From: Deltaproteobacteria bacterium
Lineage (GTDB): Bacteria > Myxococcota_A > UBA9160 > PR03
DNA: 64,000 nucleotides
NCBI GenBank assembly: GCA_031396445.1
Contig: JANNKU010000020.1
Coordinates: 1,302 to 65,301 of the forward strand
Direction: 5' to 3'
The notes under the pieces were generated by a model, which had not been told where the DNA came from, made no database searches, and was given only the letters and a program-made list of their open reading frames with translations. Position numbers and translations under genes: made by a program. Below, piece after piece: positions 24,109-32,097 of this stretch; within the stretch, counting starts at the first letter, position 1; each line of letters opens with the position of its first letter.

Positions 24109-24438
24109 CTATTCGCTGTCCGAGATCGGACTGAGAATGCTCTTCGCCTCCGCCTCGGTGAGATGAAGCGAGTACAGCTCGGTGCCGTTCCGGCTATCCC
24201 CATAGTCGATCAGTTCAATCTTCTGAATTCCCTCGTACCTCCAACGAACGCGATCACCATCAGCGGTGTCGAACTCAGTCTCGTATTTTCCTGCTAGCGC
24301 CTCTGCCTTCGACCTTGCCTCGTCATCGCAAGTCGCTTCGATCAGCAAGACGACGCATTCCCAAAGGCCTGGTCGCTTCGAGGAGTGCGCGCTCCGGAAC
24401 ATGATCGCGACTGAGTAGTCCAGGGGATGGTCGGGCAC
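24109..24438 (-). CDS. Small hypothetical protein (pattern reminiscent of DUF4288, recalled from memory)
   Basis: ORF 24109..24516; GTG 24438 lies 2 nt after the upstream stop. ...DYSVAIMFRS...ECVVLLIEATCDDEARSKAEALAGKYETEFDTADGDRVRWRYEGIQKIELID. Visibly lower GC than its neighbours. Confidence 0.5.
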   Translation of the reverse strand: MPDHPLDYSVAIMFRSAHSSKRPGLWECVVLLIEATCDDEARSKAEALAGKYETEFDTADGDRVRWRYEGIQKIELIDYGDSRNGTELYSLHLTEAEAKSILSPISDSE

Positions 24439-24440
24439 CT

Positions 24441-25511
24441 CTAGGCCTGTACTTCCCGCAGCGCCGCTTCCAACTCCGGCCGCTGCAAAATCCGCTCCGC
24501 CGCCGCCGCCTTGCAATAACCCTCGCTAGCGAAAAACCGCACCGCATCCGCAAGCACCGCGCGCGCCGGCCGCGGCGAGTAACCCAATTCGCGACGCGCC
24601 TTCTCGATGCTCACGTACCGCGAATCGCGCGCATGCAGCACCGCTTCGATCGTCGCCGCCGGTTCCTTGTGCGTGATCGTGTCGGCAACCCACTCCATCA
24701 CGCGGCCGACGACGCTGAGCAGTGGCAGCGGCAAGGCGATGCGCGGCGCCGGGATGCCGGTCAGCTCGGCGAGGATCGCGAGTAGCTCGCGCATCGAGAG
24801 GTTGTCGCCGCCGAGCACGAAGCGTTCGCCCGCAGCGCCCTTCTCGAGCGCGAGCACGTGGCCGAGTGCGACGTCGCGCACGTCCACGACGTTCTGCGCC
24901 ATTTCGACGAACACTTTCATGTGGCCGTTGATGTAGTGCTGGATCATCGAGCCGCTCGGCGTCGGGCGGCAATCGCCGGCGCCGATCACCGTGGTGGGAT
25001 GCGTGATCACCAGCGGCAGGCCGCGGGCCGCGGCGCGCAGTGCGACGATCTCGGCCATCGCTTTCGACATCTTGTAGTGGCCGCGGAAGCGGCGGATGTC
25101 GAAGACGCCTTCTTCGTCGCCGGGTACGTCACGATCATCCGGAATCCGGAAGATCGGCGAGAGTGTGGCGGTGCTGCTGGTGTAGACGACTTTGCGCACG
25201 CCGAGTTCGCGCGCGGCGTCCACTACGTGGCGCGTGCCGTCTACGTTGACGCGGTAGATCTCGCCCGGGTCGGGACGCCAGAATGCGTAGCAGGCGGCGC
25301 TGTGGATGATGGCTTCGGCGCCGCCCAGCGCGCTGCGAACGCTTTCGCGATCGCGCAGGTCGAAGTCGCGCACCTTGATCGGCAGGCCCGACAGCAGATG
25401 GTTGTCGATGTCGGCGCCGACCAGCGCGGTGACTTCGTGGCCGCGGTTCAGCAATTCCCAGACGATGTGTGAGCCGACGAAGCCGTTGGCGCCGGTGACG
25501 AAGACTTGCAC
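24441..25511 (-). CDS. NAD-dependent epimerase/dehydratase family SDR (HpnA/dihydroflavonol-reductase-like)
   Basis: ORF 356 aa: MQVFVTGANGFVGSHIV (Rossmann), ...HSAACYAFWRPDPGEIYRVNVDGTRHVV..., YKMSK catalytic motif. Confidence 0.85.
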   Translation of the reverse strand: MQVFVTGANGFVGSHIVWELLNRGHEVTALVGADIDNHLLSGLPIKVRDFDLRDRESVRSALGGAEAIIHSAACYAFWRPDPGEIYRVNVDGTRHVVDAARELGVRKVVYTSSTATLSPIFRIPDDRDVPGDEEGVFDIRRFRGHYKMSKAMAEIVALRAAARGLPLVITHPTTVIGAGDCRPTPSGSMIQHYINGHMKVFVEMAQNVVDVRDVALGHVLALEKGAAGERFVLGGDNLSMRELLAILAELTGIPAPRIALPLPLLSVVGRVMEWVADTITHKEPAATIEAVLHARDSRYVSIEKARRELGYSPRPARAVLADAVRFFASEGYCKAAAAERILQRPELEAALREVQA

Positions 25512-25514
25512 GAA

Positions 25515-26900
25515 CTAAGCGCCCGTCTTCATGCGGATCGCCGCGCCGGCGAGCTGTTTGCCGAGATCCCACACGGCGCCGCCGACCTGGTGCGTCTCTG
25601 CGATCACTTCGGTGCAGGAGTTCACGATCCACTTGCGATCGTCTTGCGTGATGTTGAGCGGCGGCAGGAACTTCACGATGTGCATCGCGTGGCCGGCGAT
25701 CTGCGTGAGGATGCGGTGCTTGGTGAAGAGCGGCACGGTAATGAGTTGCCCGAAGAGGCTCTCGTTCGCGGCGCCGAGCAGCTTCCACGCGGCTTTGAGC
25801 TTGAACGACTCCGGCTTGCCGAACTCGAGCGCGATCATCATGCCCTTGCCGCGCACGTCCTTCAGGAACTCGAAGCGATCGACGAGCGGCGTGAGGTCAT
25901 CGACGATCTGCTGGCCGAGCAGGGCGCTGTTCTCGATCAGCTTCTCGTCGTCGATGACTTCGAGCGTCGCGAGCCCCGCCGCCATCGCGAGGTTGTTCTT
26001 CGAGTAGGTGGAGCCATGCACGACGGCGCGGTCCATGCGATCGAAGACCGCATCGAACACCCATTTGCGACAGACGACGGCGCCCACCGGCACGAAGCCG
26101 CCCGAGAGCGCCTTCGCAAGACACACCATGTCCGGCTCGACGCCCCAGTGCTCGACCGCGAGGAACTTGCCCGTGCGCCCGAGGCCGGTCTGCACTTCGT
26201 CGGCGACCAGCAGCGCGCCGTATTTCTTGCAGAGCGCGCTCGCGCCGGGCAGGTATTCGTCGCTCGGGATGTGCACGCCGTGGCCGACGATCGGTTCGAC
26301 GATGAACGCCGCGACGTCGCGGCCGCGCAGCGCGTTCTCGAGCGCCGGCAGATCGTTGAACGGGATACGTACACAATCCGGGAGCAGCGGCCCGAAGCCA
26401 TTGCGGAATTCGTCCATGCCGTTGATCGAGAGCGGCCCGTAGGTGAGGCCGTGATAACCGCGCTCGACGTAGATGATCTTCGAGCGCTTGGTGGCGTAGC
26501 GCGCGAACTTGATCGCGGCCTCGACCGACTCCGCGCCCGAGTTGCAGAAGAAGACCTTCTCGAGACCGGCGGGCATCTTCGCGACGAGGCGCTCGGCGAG
26601 CATGCCGGCGAGAACCGTGACGTCCATCTGCACGAGATGCGGCAAGCCGCCGTGCAGCACGTCGTTCAGGACCTCGATCACCTTCGGATGATTGCGGCCG
26701 ACTGCGAAAACGCCCCAGCCGGAGAGCAGATCGAGGTAGCGATTGCCGGCACCGTCAAATAGGTATTGCCCGCGCGCTTCGGTGTAGGCGACGTCGTAGC
26801 CGATCGTCTTCAACACCTTGACGATCTGCCCGTTCAAGTACTGATCGTGCAGCGCGTACTTCTCGGGCAAGCGCTCGGCGATCAGGTCGAGGATCTTCAT
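25515..26900 (-). CDS. Class-III (aspartate aminotransferase family) PLP aminotransferase
   Basis: ORF 461 aa: ...YLDLLSGWGVFAVGRNHP..., FFCNSGAESVEAAIK, LVADEVQTGLGRTGK, CLAKALSGGFVPVGAV (PLP Lys). Confidence 0.88.
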   Translation of the reverse strand: MKILDLIAERLPEKYALHDQYLNGQIVKVLKTIGYDVAYTEARGQYLFDGAGNRYLDLLSGWGVFAVGRNHPKVIEVLNDVLHGGLPHLVQMDVTVLAGMLAERLVAKMPAGLEKVFFCNSGAESVEAAIKFARYATKRSKIIYVERGYHGLTYGPLSINGMDEFRNGFGPLLPDCVRIPFNDLPALENALRGRDVAAFIVEPIVGHGVHIPSDEYLPGASALCKKYGALLVADEVQTGLGRTGKFLAVEHWGVEPDMVCLAKALSGGFVPVGAVVCRKWVFDAVFDRMDRAVVHGSTYSKNNLAMAAGLATLEVIDDEKLIENSALLGQQIVDDLTPLVDRFEFLKDVRGKGMMIALEFGKPESFKLKAAWKLLGAANESLFGQLITVPLFTKHRILTQIAGHAMHIVKFLPPLNITQDDRKWIVNSCTEVIAETHQVGGAVWDLGKQLAGAAIRMKTGA

Positions 26901-26944
26901 GCGAGCCCCCCATCACGAAGGCGAAACAATGCGAAGGCGAAACA

Positions 26945-27688
26945 ATGGCGCCGCAGCCTAGCGAACGAGTCCCGGCATCGCGGGTTGCTGGCGTGGATGG
27001 CTGCAAGTCTCGTTGGCTCTGCATTGCGCGCGATCTGCGCAGCGGCGGGCTCGAGGCGCAGCTCTTCGACAGCGCCGCGGATCTCGCCGATCAAGTGCCG
27101 CTACCGGACGTGATTGGCTGGGACATTCCGATCGGTCTCGCCGAGGACGGCGCCGGCCGTGGCTGCGATCGCGAGGCGCGCGCGCTGCTGCGTGCGCCCC
27201 GGGCTTCGAGCGTTTTCACTGCGCCAATTCGGGCCGCGCTCGTGGCTCGATCGCAGGCGGAGGCGTCGCGCATCACCGCGGAGCGCTGCGCCGGTCGCCG
27301 TGTCGCCGCGCAGGCTTTCGGCATCTACGCGAAGGTGCGCGAGGTCGATGCGCTGCTCGCGGCACGGCCGGCGCTGCGCGGTCGGATTCGCGAGGTGCAT
27401 CCGGAGCTGTGCTTCTGGGCGTGGAACGGCGGCGTTGCGATTCACGCCAGCAAGAAGAGCGAAGCCGGCGAGCGCGAGCGACGCGCGCTGGTGGAGGCAC
27501 ATTTCGGTGCCGGCTCCATTGCGCGCGTGCGCGCACAACTCGCTCCGCGACGCGTGCCGGCCGACGACATCCTCGACGCCTTCGCCGCGCTCTGGACCGC
27601 GGAGCGCATCGCGAGCGGCGTCGCGCGCACTCTTCCCGAGACACCGCTTTGCGACGCACGCGGGCTGCGCATGGAGATGGTCTATTGA
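26945..27688 (+). CDS. DUF429 domain protein (RNase H-like fold family)
   Basis: ORF 247 aa: VAGVDGCKSRWLCIA...VIGWDIPIGLAEDG..GRGCDREAR..L....SSVF..P. Confidence 0.7.
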   Translation: MAPQPSERVPASRVAGVDGCKSRWLCIARDLRSGGLEAQLFDSAADLADQVPLPDVIGWDIPIGLAEDGAGRGCDREARALLRAPRASSVFTAPIRAALVARSQAEASRITAERCAGRRVAAQAFGIYAKVREVDALLAARPALRGRIREVHPELCFWAWNGGVAIHASKKSEAGERERRALVEAHFGAGSIARVRAQLAPRRVPADDILDAFAALWTAERIASGVARTLPETPLCDARGLRMEMVY

Positions 27689-28725
27689 GCGCGTGACTCC
27701 GGCGGCGCCGCTTCCATCCCGAAGTGCGTGCTCGTCTCCGACACCACGACGAAGCCCAGCCGCTGATAGAGCGCGCGCGCCGCGTTCTCGCGCTGCACCG
27801 AAAGCACCAGCGGCAAGCCGCGCGCATGGGCGCGATCCCGTACCGCGCAGATCAGCGCCGTCCCGATGCCACGCCGCTGCGCCGCGGGCAACAAGTAGAT
27901 CCGATCGAGCGCGAAGCGATCCACGAACTCCTCGACCGCAAGACATCCGATCGCGCGCCCCTCCACCTCGACCACCTGATGCGTAGCGAGATCAATCTCC
28001 CCAACGAACGCCGCTCCAATCGCCGCGCGCAGCATGCCAGTCAAAAACGCGACGTCATCGCGCGTCGCGGGACGCAGCCGTTGAGAAAGGTGAGAAAGGG
28101 GACGGTCCTCGATGGTGACGGGCTGTTGACTGGGGGGACACACCTCACGGAGGCCTGTCCCTCTAGTCATCAGCCCGTCACTTTGAGGACCGTCCCCTTT
28201 CTCACCAAGCGGGAGGCGCATCAGCAGGCGGCGGTGGGCGGGTAGGCCCATGCGGGTTTCTTTGGCGATCAGGTCGCGCATGGGCGCGGTGAGCAGGGCG
28301 GTGTTGAGGGCGCGGAAGCCGAGGCGGGCGTAGAAGTGTTCGTTCCACGCGACGTCGCGAAAGGTGGAGAGCGTGATGCCGGATGCGCCGCGCGCGCGCG
28401 CCCACTCGATGAACGCGCGAACGAGTCGTGCGCCGAGGCCGCGGCGGCCGTGATCGGGATGCACGTCGAGTTCCTCGAGATGTGGCTCATCGCCGAGCCA
28501 GCGCGTGTAGGCGAAGCCGACGGGCTCGCCGCTCGGCGCCGCTGCGATCCACAGCATGCCGGCGCGCTGCGCTGCCGCGAGATCTTCGAGCGCGGCGGTT
28601 GCATCTGGGATCGAGGCGGCGAGATCCGTCGCAGAGAAGAGTTGCGCGGCGGCGTTCTCGATCTCGCCGAGCAGCGCGATCTCGTCTTCGCGGGCGAGCC
28701 GGATTTCGTAGTGCGCGTCGCTCAT
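27682..28725 (-). CDS. Two GNAT N-acetyltransferase modules read as one 347-aa ORF, joined by a linker encoded by a palindromic element
   Basis: ORF 27682..29175 from ATG 28725. Module 1: MSDAHYEIRLAREDE...LDVHPDHGRRGLGARLV...YARLGF. Linker: GEKGDGPQSDGLMTRGTGLREVCPPSQQPVTIEDRPLSH. Module 2: LRPATRDD...LLPAAQRRGIGTAL...YQRLGF. Confidence 0.7.
   Translation of the reverse strand: MSDAHYEIRLAREDEIALLGEIENAAAQLFSATDLAASIPDATAALEDLAAAQRAGMLWIAAAPSGEPVGFAYTRWLGDEPHLEELDVHPDHGRRGLGARLVRAFIEWARARGASGITLSTFRDVAWNEHFYARLGFRALNTALLTAPMRDLIAKETRMGLPAHRRLLMRLPLGEKGDGPQSDGLMTRGTGLREVCPPSQQPVTIEDRPLSHLSQRLRPATRDDVAFLTGMLRAAIGAAFVGEIDLATHQVVEVEGRAIGCLAVEEFVDRFALDRIYLLPAAQRRGIGTALICAVRDRAHARGLPLVLSVQRENAARALYQRLGFVVVSETSTHFGMEAAPPESRAQ
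28089..28206. repeat. 118-nt near-perfect palindromic (rod-hairpin) element, MITE/REP-like
   Basis: Perfect 22-nt terminal inverted repeats: GGTGAGAAAGGGGACGGTCCTC (28089-28110) and GAGGACCGTCCCCTTTCTCACC (28185-28206). Inner arms also pair: GTGACGGGCTG/CAGCCCGTCAC, TGACT/AGTCA, GGGACA/TGTCCC, CCTC/GAGG around an ACG triloop. Confidence 0.9.
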
Positions 28726-28869
28726 CGGGCGGAGCCTATCACCACACTCCCGCGGCGCCGTCCGCACGCAGGACCAACTCGGCGCTCTGCTCGGCCTGCG
28801 CGTCCAGGCGTTCGGCGGTTCGCCTTCGATTGGTTGACGCGGTGTCTCGAGACGTGAGACGATCCGCAG

Positions 28870-29829
28870 ATGCACGACAACCGACTCCTCGTACTCGCCG
28901 CCGCGAGCCTGTTCTGCTTCGCGATCTTCCCCGCAATCGCCAGCGGCGGAGAGTTCGGAATCCCCTGCGATCCCGGCAGCGCCAGCGAGAGCGGCTTCCC
29001 GCCGTGTACGCCGTGTGCGCCAGGGACTTTCACGCCGTTCACGGGCGCGGCCCAATGCGATGCGTGTCCGGCCGGCATGTCGGCCACGTCGGCCGGGGCG
29101 GCAATCTGTGTCGATTGCAACTGCAACGACGCGACCGTGTGTACGAACGACAGCTGCGCCGCGTCCACGGGACAATGCAGTGCCGAGCCGGTGCCCGACT
29201 GTGCGCTGCAGACGGTCTCATTCGAGGGAACGGTGACGAGCACGGAATCCGTCGGCGGCTTTCCCGATCCCGGTTCAATCTTCCAGATCGGCACGCCGTT
29301 CGAGGGCTACTACGTCTTCGACCCGGCCGCTCCGGACGCATCGCCGTCGGCGCTCGATGAAGGCACCTACATCGGCGCCGTCCAGGATTTCGCCATCCGC
29401 GTTGGCAGCGGCGCGGGCCTCATCGAGAGCGTCAGCTCATACGGAACGCTCTACATCGACGATGAACCCACGCCGCAAGGCGACAGCTATACGGTGCAGG
29501 TGACATCGCTCACGGGACCGTCGTTGCCGGGCCTGGTTCGCGAAGAACTTCGATTGACGCTTCGCGACGAAGCGGGCGACGTGTTCTCGTCGGACGCCAT
29601 CCCGCCGTTCGCCGAGGTCGTGTCGATCGCGGCGATCAATCGCCAAGCCACGTTTGCTGTTTCTTCGAGCGGCAACATCAACCAGCTCGCCCTCGCACTT
29701 TCCGGAGACTTCCTCCTCTCGGCGCCCGAGCCGACGGCAACCGCCGCATCGATCGCGGCGTTGGTCGTTCTCGGAACGTTGCGGTGGCGCGCCTCGAGAG
29801 AGCGACAGCGATTCCCGTTCAGCCGGTGA
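28870..29829 (+). CDS. Secreted Cys-rich protein with PEP-CTERM sorting signal
   Basis: ORF 319 aa. Signal peptide MHDNRLLVLAAASLFCFAIFPAIASG; Cys-rich CxxC/CTNDSC repeats; C-terminus SAPEPTATAASIAALVVLGTLRWRASRER (PEP motif, TM helix, Arg cluster). Confidence 0.7.
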   Translation: MHDNRLLVLAAASLFCFAIFPAIASGGEFGIPCDPGSASESGFPPCTPCAPGTFTPFTGAAQCDACPAGMSATSAGAAICVDCNCNDATVCTNDSCAASTGQCSAEPVPDCALQTVSFEGTVTSTESVGGFPDPGSIFQIGTPFEGYYVFDPAAPDASPSALDEGTYIGAVQDFAIRVGSGAGLIESVSSYGTLYIDDEPTPQGDSYTVQVTSLTGPSLPGLVREELRLTLRDEAGDVFSSDAIPPFAEVVSIAAINRQATFAVSSSGNINQLALALSGDFLLSAPEPTATAASIAALVVLGTLRWRASRERQRFPFSR

Positions 29830-30241
29830 GCTGGCGCAGGATCGTTGCGGTGTCGTAGTAGACGCGTTCGCAGACGATCGCGTCGTCGTCAAACAGGAAG
29901 AACGCGGTCATGCGGCATTCGAAGCTGCGACCGGTTGGCTCGAATCCCATCAGCGCGCCCTTGTGCGTGCCGCGCAGCCAGAGTTCGACGATGACGCCGT
30001 CGTCGAGATGGCGCAGCGAGATCAATTCGTTGCGTTGATCGGGAAACGCGGCGCGCGATTCCTTGAAGTAGCCGCGCACGGCGGCTTCGCCGTCGTAGAT
30101 CTGGCCGCTGGGGATCAGCTCGTAGCGCGGGTGCGAGAAGGTGCCGATCGTGGCGTCGAAATCGTGAACGTTCTCCGACTCCATGTGGCGGCGCACGATC
30201 GCTTCGCGCCTGGCTCGAAGGACATCGAGGTCGCTGCTCAT
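29819..30241 (-). CDS. SnoaL-like / ester cyclase (NTF2-fold) protein
   Basis: Last 140 aa of ORF 29819..30400: ...RRHMESENVHDFDATIGTF...YDGEAAVRGYFKESRAAFPDQRNELISL... Confidence 0.7.
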   Translation of the reverse strand: MSSDLDVLRARREAIVRRHMESENVHDFDATIGTFSHPRYELIPSGQIYDGEAAVRGYFKESRAAFPDQRNELISLRHLDDGVIVELWLRGTHKGALMGFEPTGRSFECRMTAFFLFDDDAIVCERVYYDTATILRQLTG

Positions 30242-30273
30242 GTGTTCGGTCTCCCGCCGCGTAGAATGGCAGA

Positions 30274-32097
30274 GTGAAAGAGCGAGTGCCCCACGCGATC
30301 TCTGCAGCACGGCGCGCAATCTGCGTCGCGGCTCTGCTCGTTGCAGCAGCCAGCATCGCGCGCGCCGATGAAGCCTGGCGCACGGTGGATCTCGCGACAC
30401 TCGGCAGCGACACGCTGCTGCGCGTACATGGAAATCGCGAAGACGGCGGCGAGGACGGCGTGCCGGTCGCGGGCGGCTTCGACGTGGATGGCGACGGCCA
30501 TCGCGACTTCGCCTTTGCGTCGATGCTCGCGAGCCCGCTCGGGCGCAGCGGCGCGGGCGAGATCTTCCTGATCTTCGGCGACGGCACGCTCGCCGGCACT
30601 TTCGACACCGCCGTGCCCGACGCGCGCATCCTGCGCGTCATCGGTGACGGCGCGAGCGAAGCCACCGGCTCGATGCTGTGGATCGACGACGTCACCGGCG
30701 ACGGCCTCGGCGATCTGCTGATTGCGCGCCAGAACTTCACGCCCGATGCGGGCCGCATCGGCGCGGGCGCGCTCACCATCATCGCGGGTGGCGAAGCGCT
30801 GCGAACGCTCGCAGCAGCGGGCACGCCGATCGACTTGCGCGCGCCGCCGTCGGAGATCGCGGTGGCGACCGCAATTGGTGTCGCGCAGACCGCGCGTCTC
30901 GGCATCTGGATCCGCAGCGGCGACGTGACCGGCGATGGTGTCGCCGACATCGCCGTCGGCGCCGATCAGGAGAACGGCGCGGGCCAGACGCACCGCGGCG
31001 CCGTCTACCTGCTGCGCGGCGGCGCGCATCTCGCGACGTCGCAGACGATTGACCTCGCGGAGCTCGGGAGCCCCTCCTTCGCGCTCGCCGCGCAAGTCGC
31101 GCGTTTGCGCCCGCCCGCCGCTGCGAACGAGTTTCATTTTGGCGCCACCTGCCACATCGCCGATCTCGATGGCAACGGTCGCGCCGAGCTGCTCGCCGCG
31201 GCGACGCTCGCGCGCATCGGCGCTTCGATCGCCGCCGCCGGCGCGCCCGGCGGATCGGCGCACTCCTCTGGCGGCGCCACCGACGGAACGCTCTACATCG
31301 CGTGGGACGAGAACTTCGCCGACGCGGCGTGGGATTCGCTCGACATCGCGATCGACGACGTCGGCGTCGTCGCGACGTCGATCAACGGCGGTGGCGACAA
31401 CGTTCGCTTCGGCGAAGAACTCGTCGGCGGCAATGACTACGACGGCGACGGCGCGCCCGACCTTTTTGCCGGCGATCTCGTCGCCAACGCACCGGGTCGC
31501 CCGGCCGTGTCGGGGCTCGGCCACCTGCTCTCCGGCGTCGATGATTTGCGCGGCGCGCACTTCGATCTCGATGCGCCACCCGCAAGTGTCGCGATCACCA
31601 CCTTCGAGGGCGCACGCTTCCGGGAGATCGCCGCCGACACCGCGATCGATGGCGATTTCGATGGCGACGGCCGCGCGGATCTCGCCTTCTCGTCGCCGCA
31701 CGCCCATCCGCTGGGCCGCGTCGAAGCGGGCGTGCTGCACGTCTTCTTCGGGCAGGACGGCGCGTGGCCCGCGCGCGTCGATCTTGCGGACGGCGCGCTG
31801 CCGCCCGCGTCGTCGCTGCGGATCGCGCAGGTGCTCGGCGCGAACGGCGCGGCGGGTTTCGATCGCGGCGACACGCTCGCCTACAGCGCCGCTGCCGGCG
31901 ATCTCGATCGAGACGGCAAGACCGACTTGATCCTGAACGAGATGCTCGGCAACGGCCCGCTGGTCGATGACTCGGGCACGCTGATCGTGGTGAGTGGCGC
32001 CCTGCTGGCGCCGGAACCGAGCGCGAGTGCGGCACTGCTCGCGGCGTTGGCGAGCCTCGCAATGAATGCGCGCCGCCGCCGCAGGGAGCGCGCATGA
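30274..32097 (+). CDS. FG-GAP/integrin-alpha-repeat secreted protein with PEP-CTERM signal
   Basis: ORF 607 aa (GTG). Signal peptide; repeated D.DGDG..D / DVTGDG.(A/G)D motifs; C-terminus LLAPEPSASAALLAALASLAMNARRRRRERA. Confidence 0.75.
   Translation: MKERVPHAISAARRAICVAALLVAAASIARADEAWRTVDLATLGSDTLLRVHGNREDGGEDGVPVAGGFDVDGDGHRDFAFASMLASPLGRSGAGEIFLIFGDGTLAGTFDTAVPDARILRVIGDGASEATGSMLWIDDVTGDGLGDLLIARQNFTPDAGRIGAGALTIIAGGEALRTLAAAGTPIDLRAPPSEIAVATAIGVAQTARLGIWIRSGDVTGDGVADIAVGADQENGAGQTHRGAVYLLRGGAHLATSQTIDLAELGSPSFALAAQVARLRPPAAANEFHFGATCHIADLDGNGRAELLAAATLARIGASIAAAGAPGGSAHSSGGATDGTLYIAWDENFADAAWDSLDIAIDDVGVVATSINGGGDNVRFGEELVGGNDYDGDGAPDLFAGDLVANAPGRPAVSGLGHLLSGVDDLRGAHFDLDAPPASVAITTFEGARFREIAADTAIDGDFDGDGRADLAFSSPHAHPLGRVEAGVLHVFFGQDGAWPARVDLADGALPPASSLRIAQVLGANGAAGFDRGDTLAYSAAAGDLDRDGKTDLILNEMLGNGPLVDDSGTLIVVSGALLAPEPSASAALLAALASLAMNARRRRRERA

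Noticed and set aside
28726-29175. Upstream 150 codons of ORF 27682..29175
   Set aside because: The Arg-rich extension overlaps the divergent PEP-CTERM gene start. The GNAT N-terminal pattern (MSDAHYEIRLAREDE) begins at ATG 28725.
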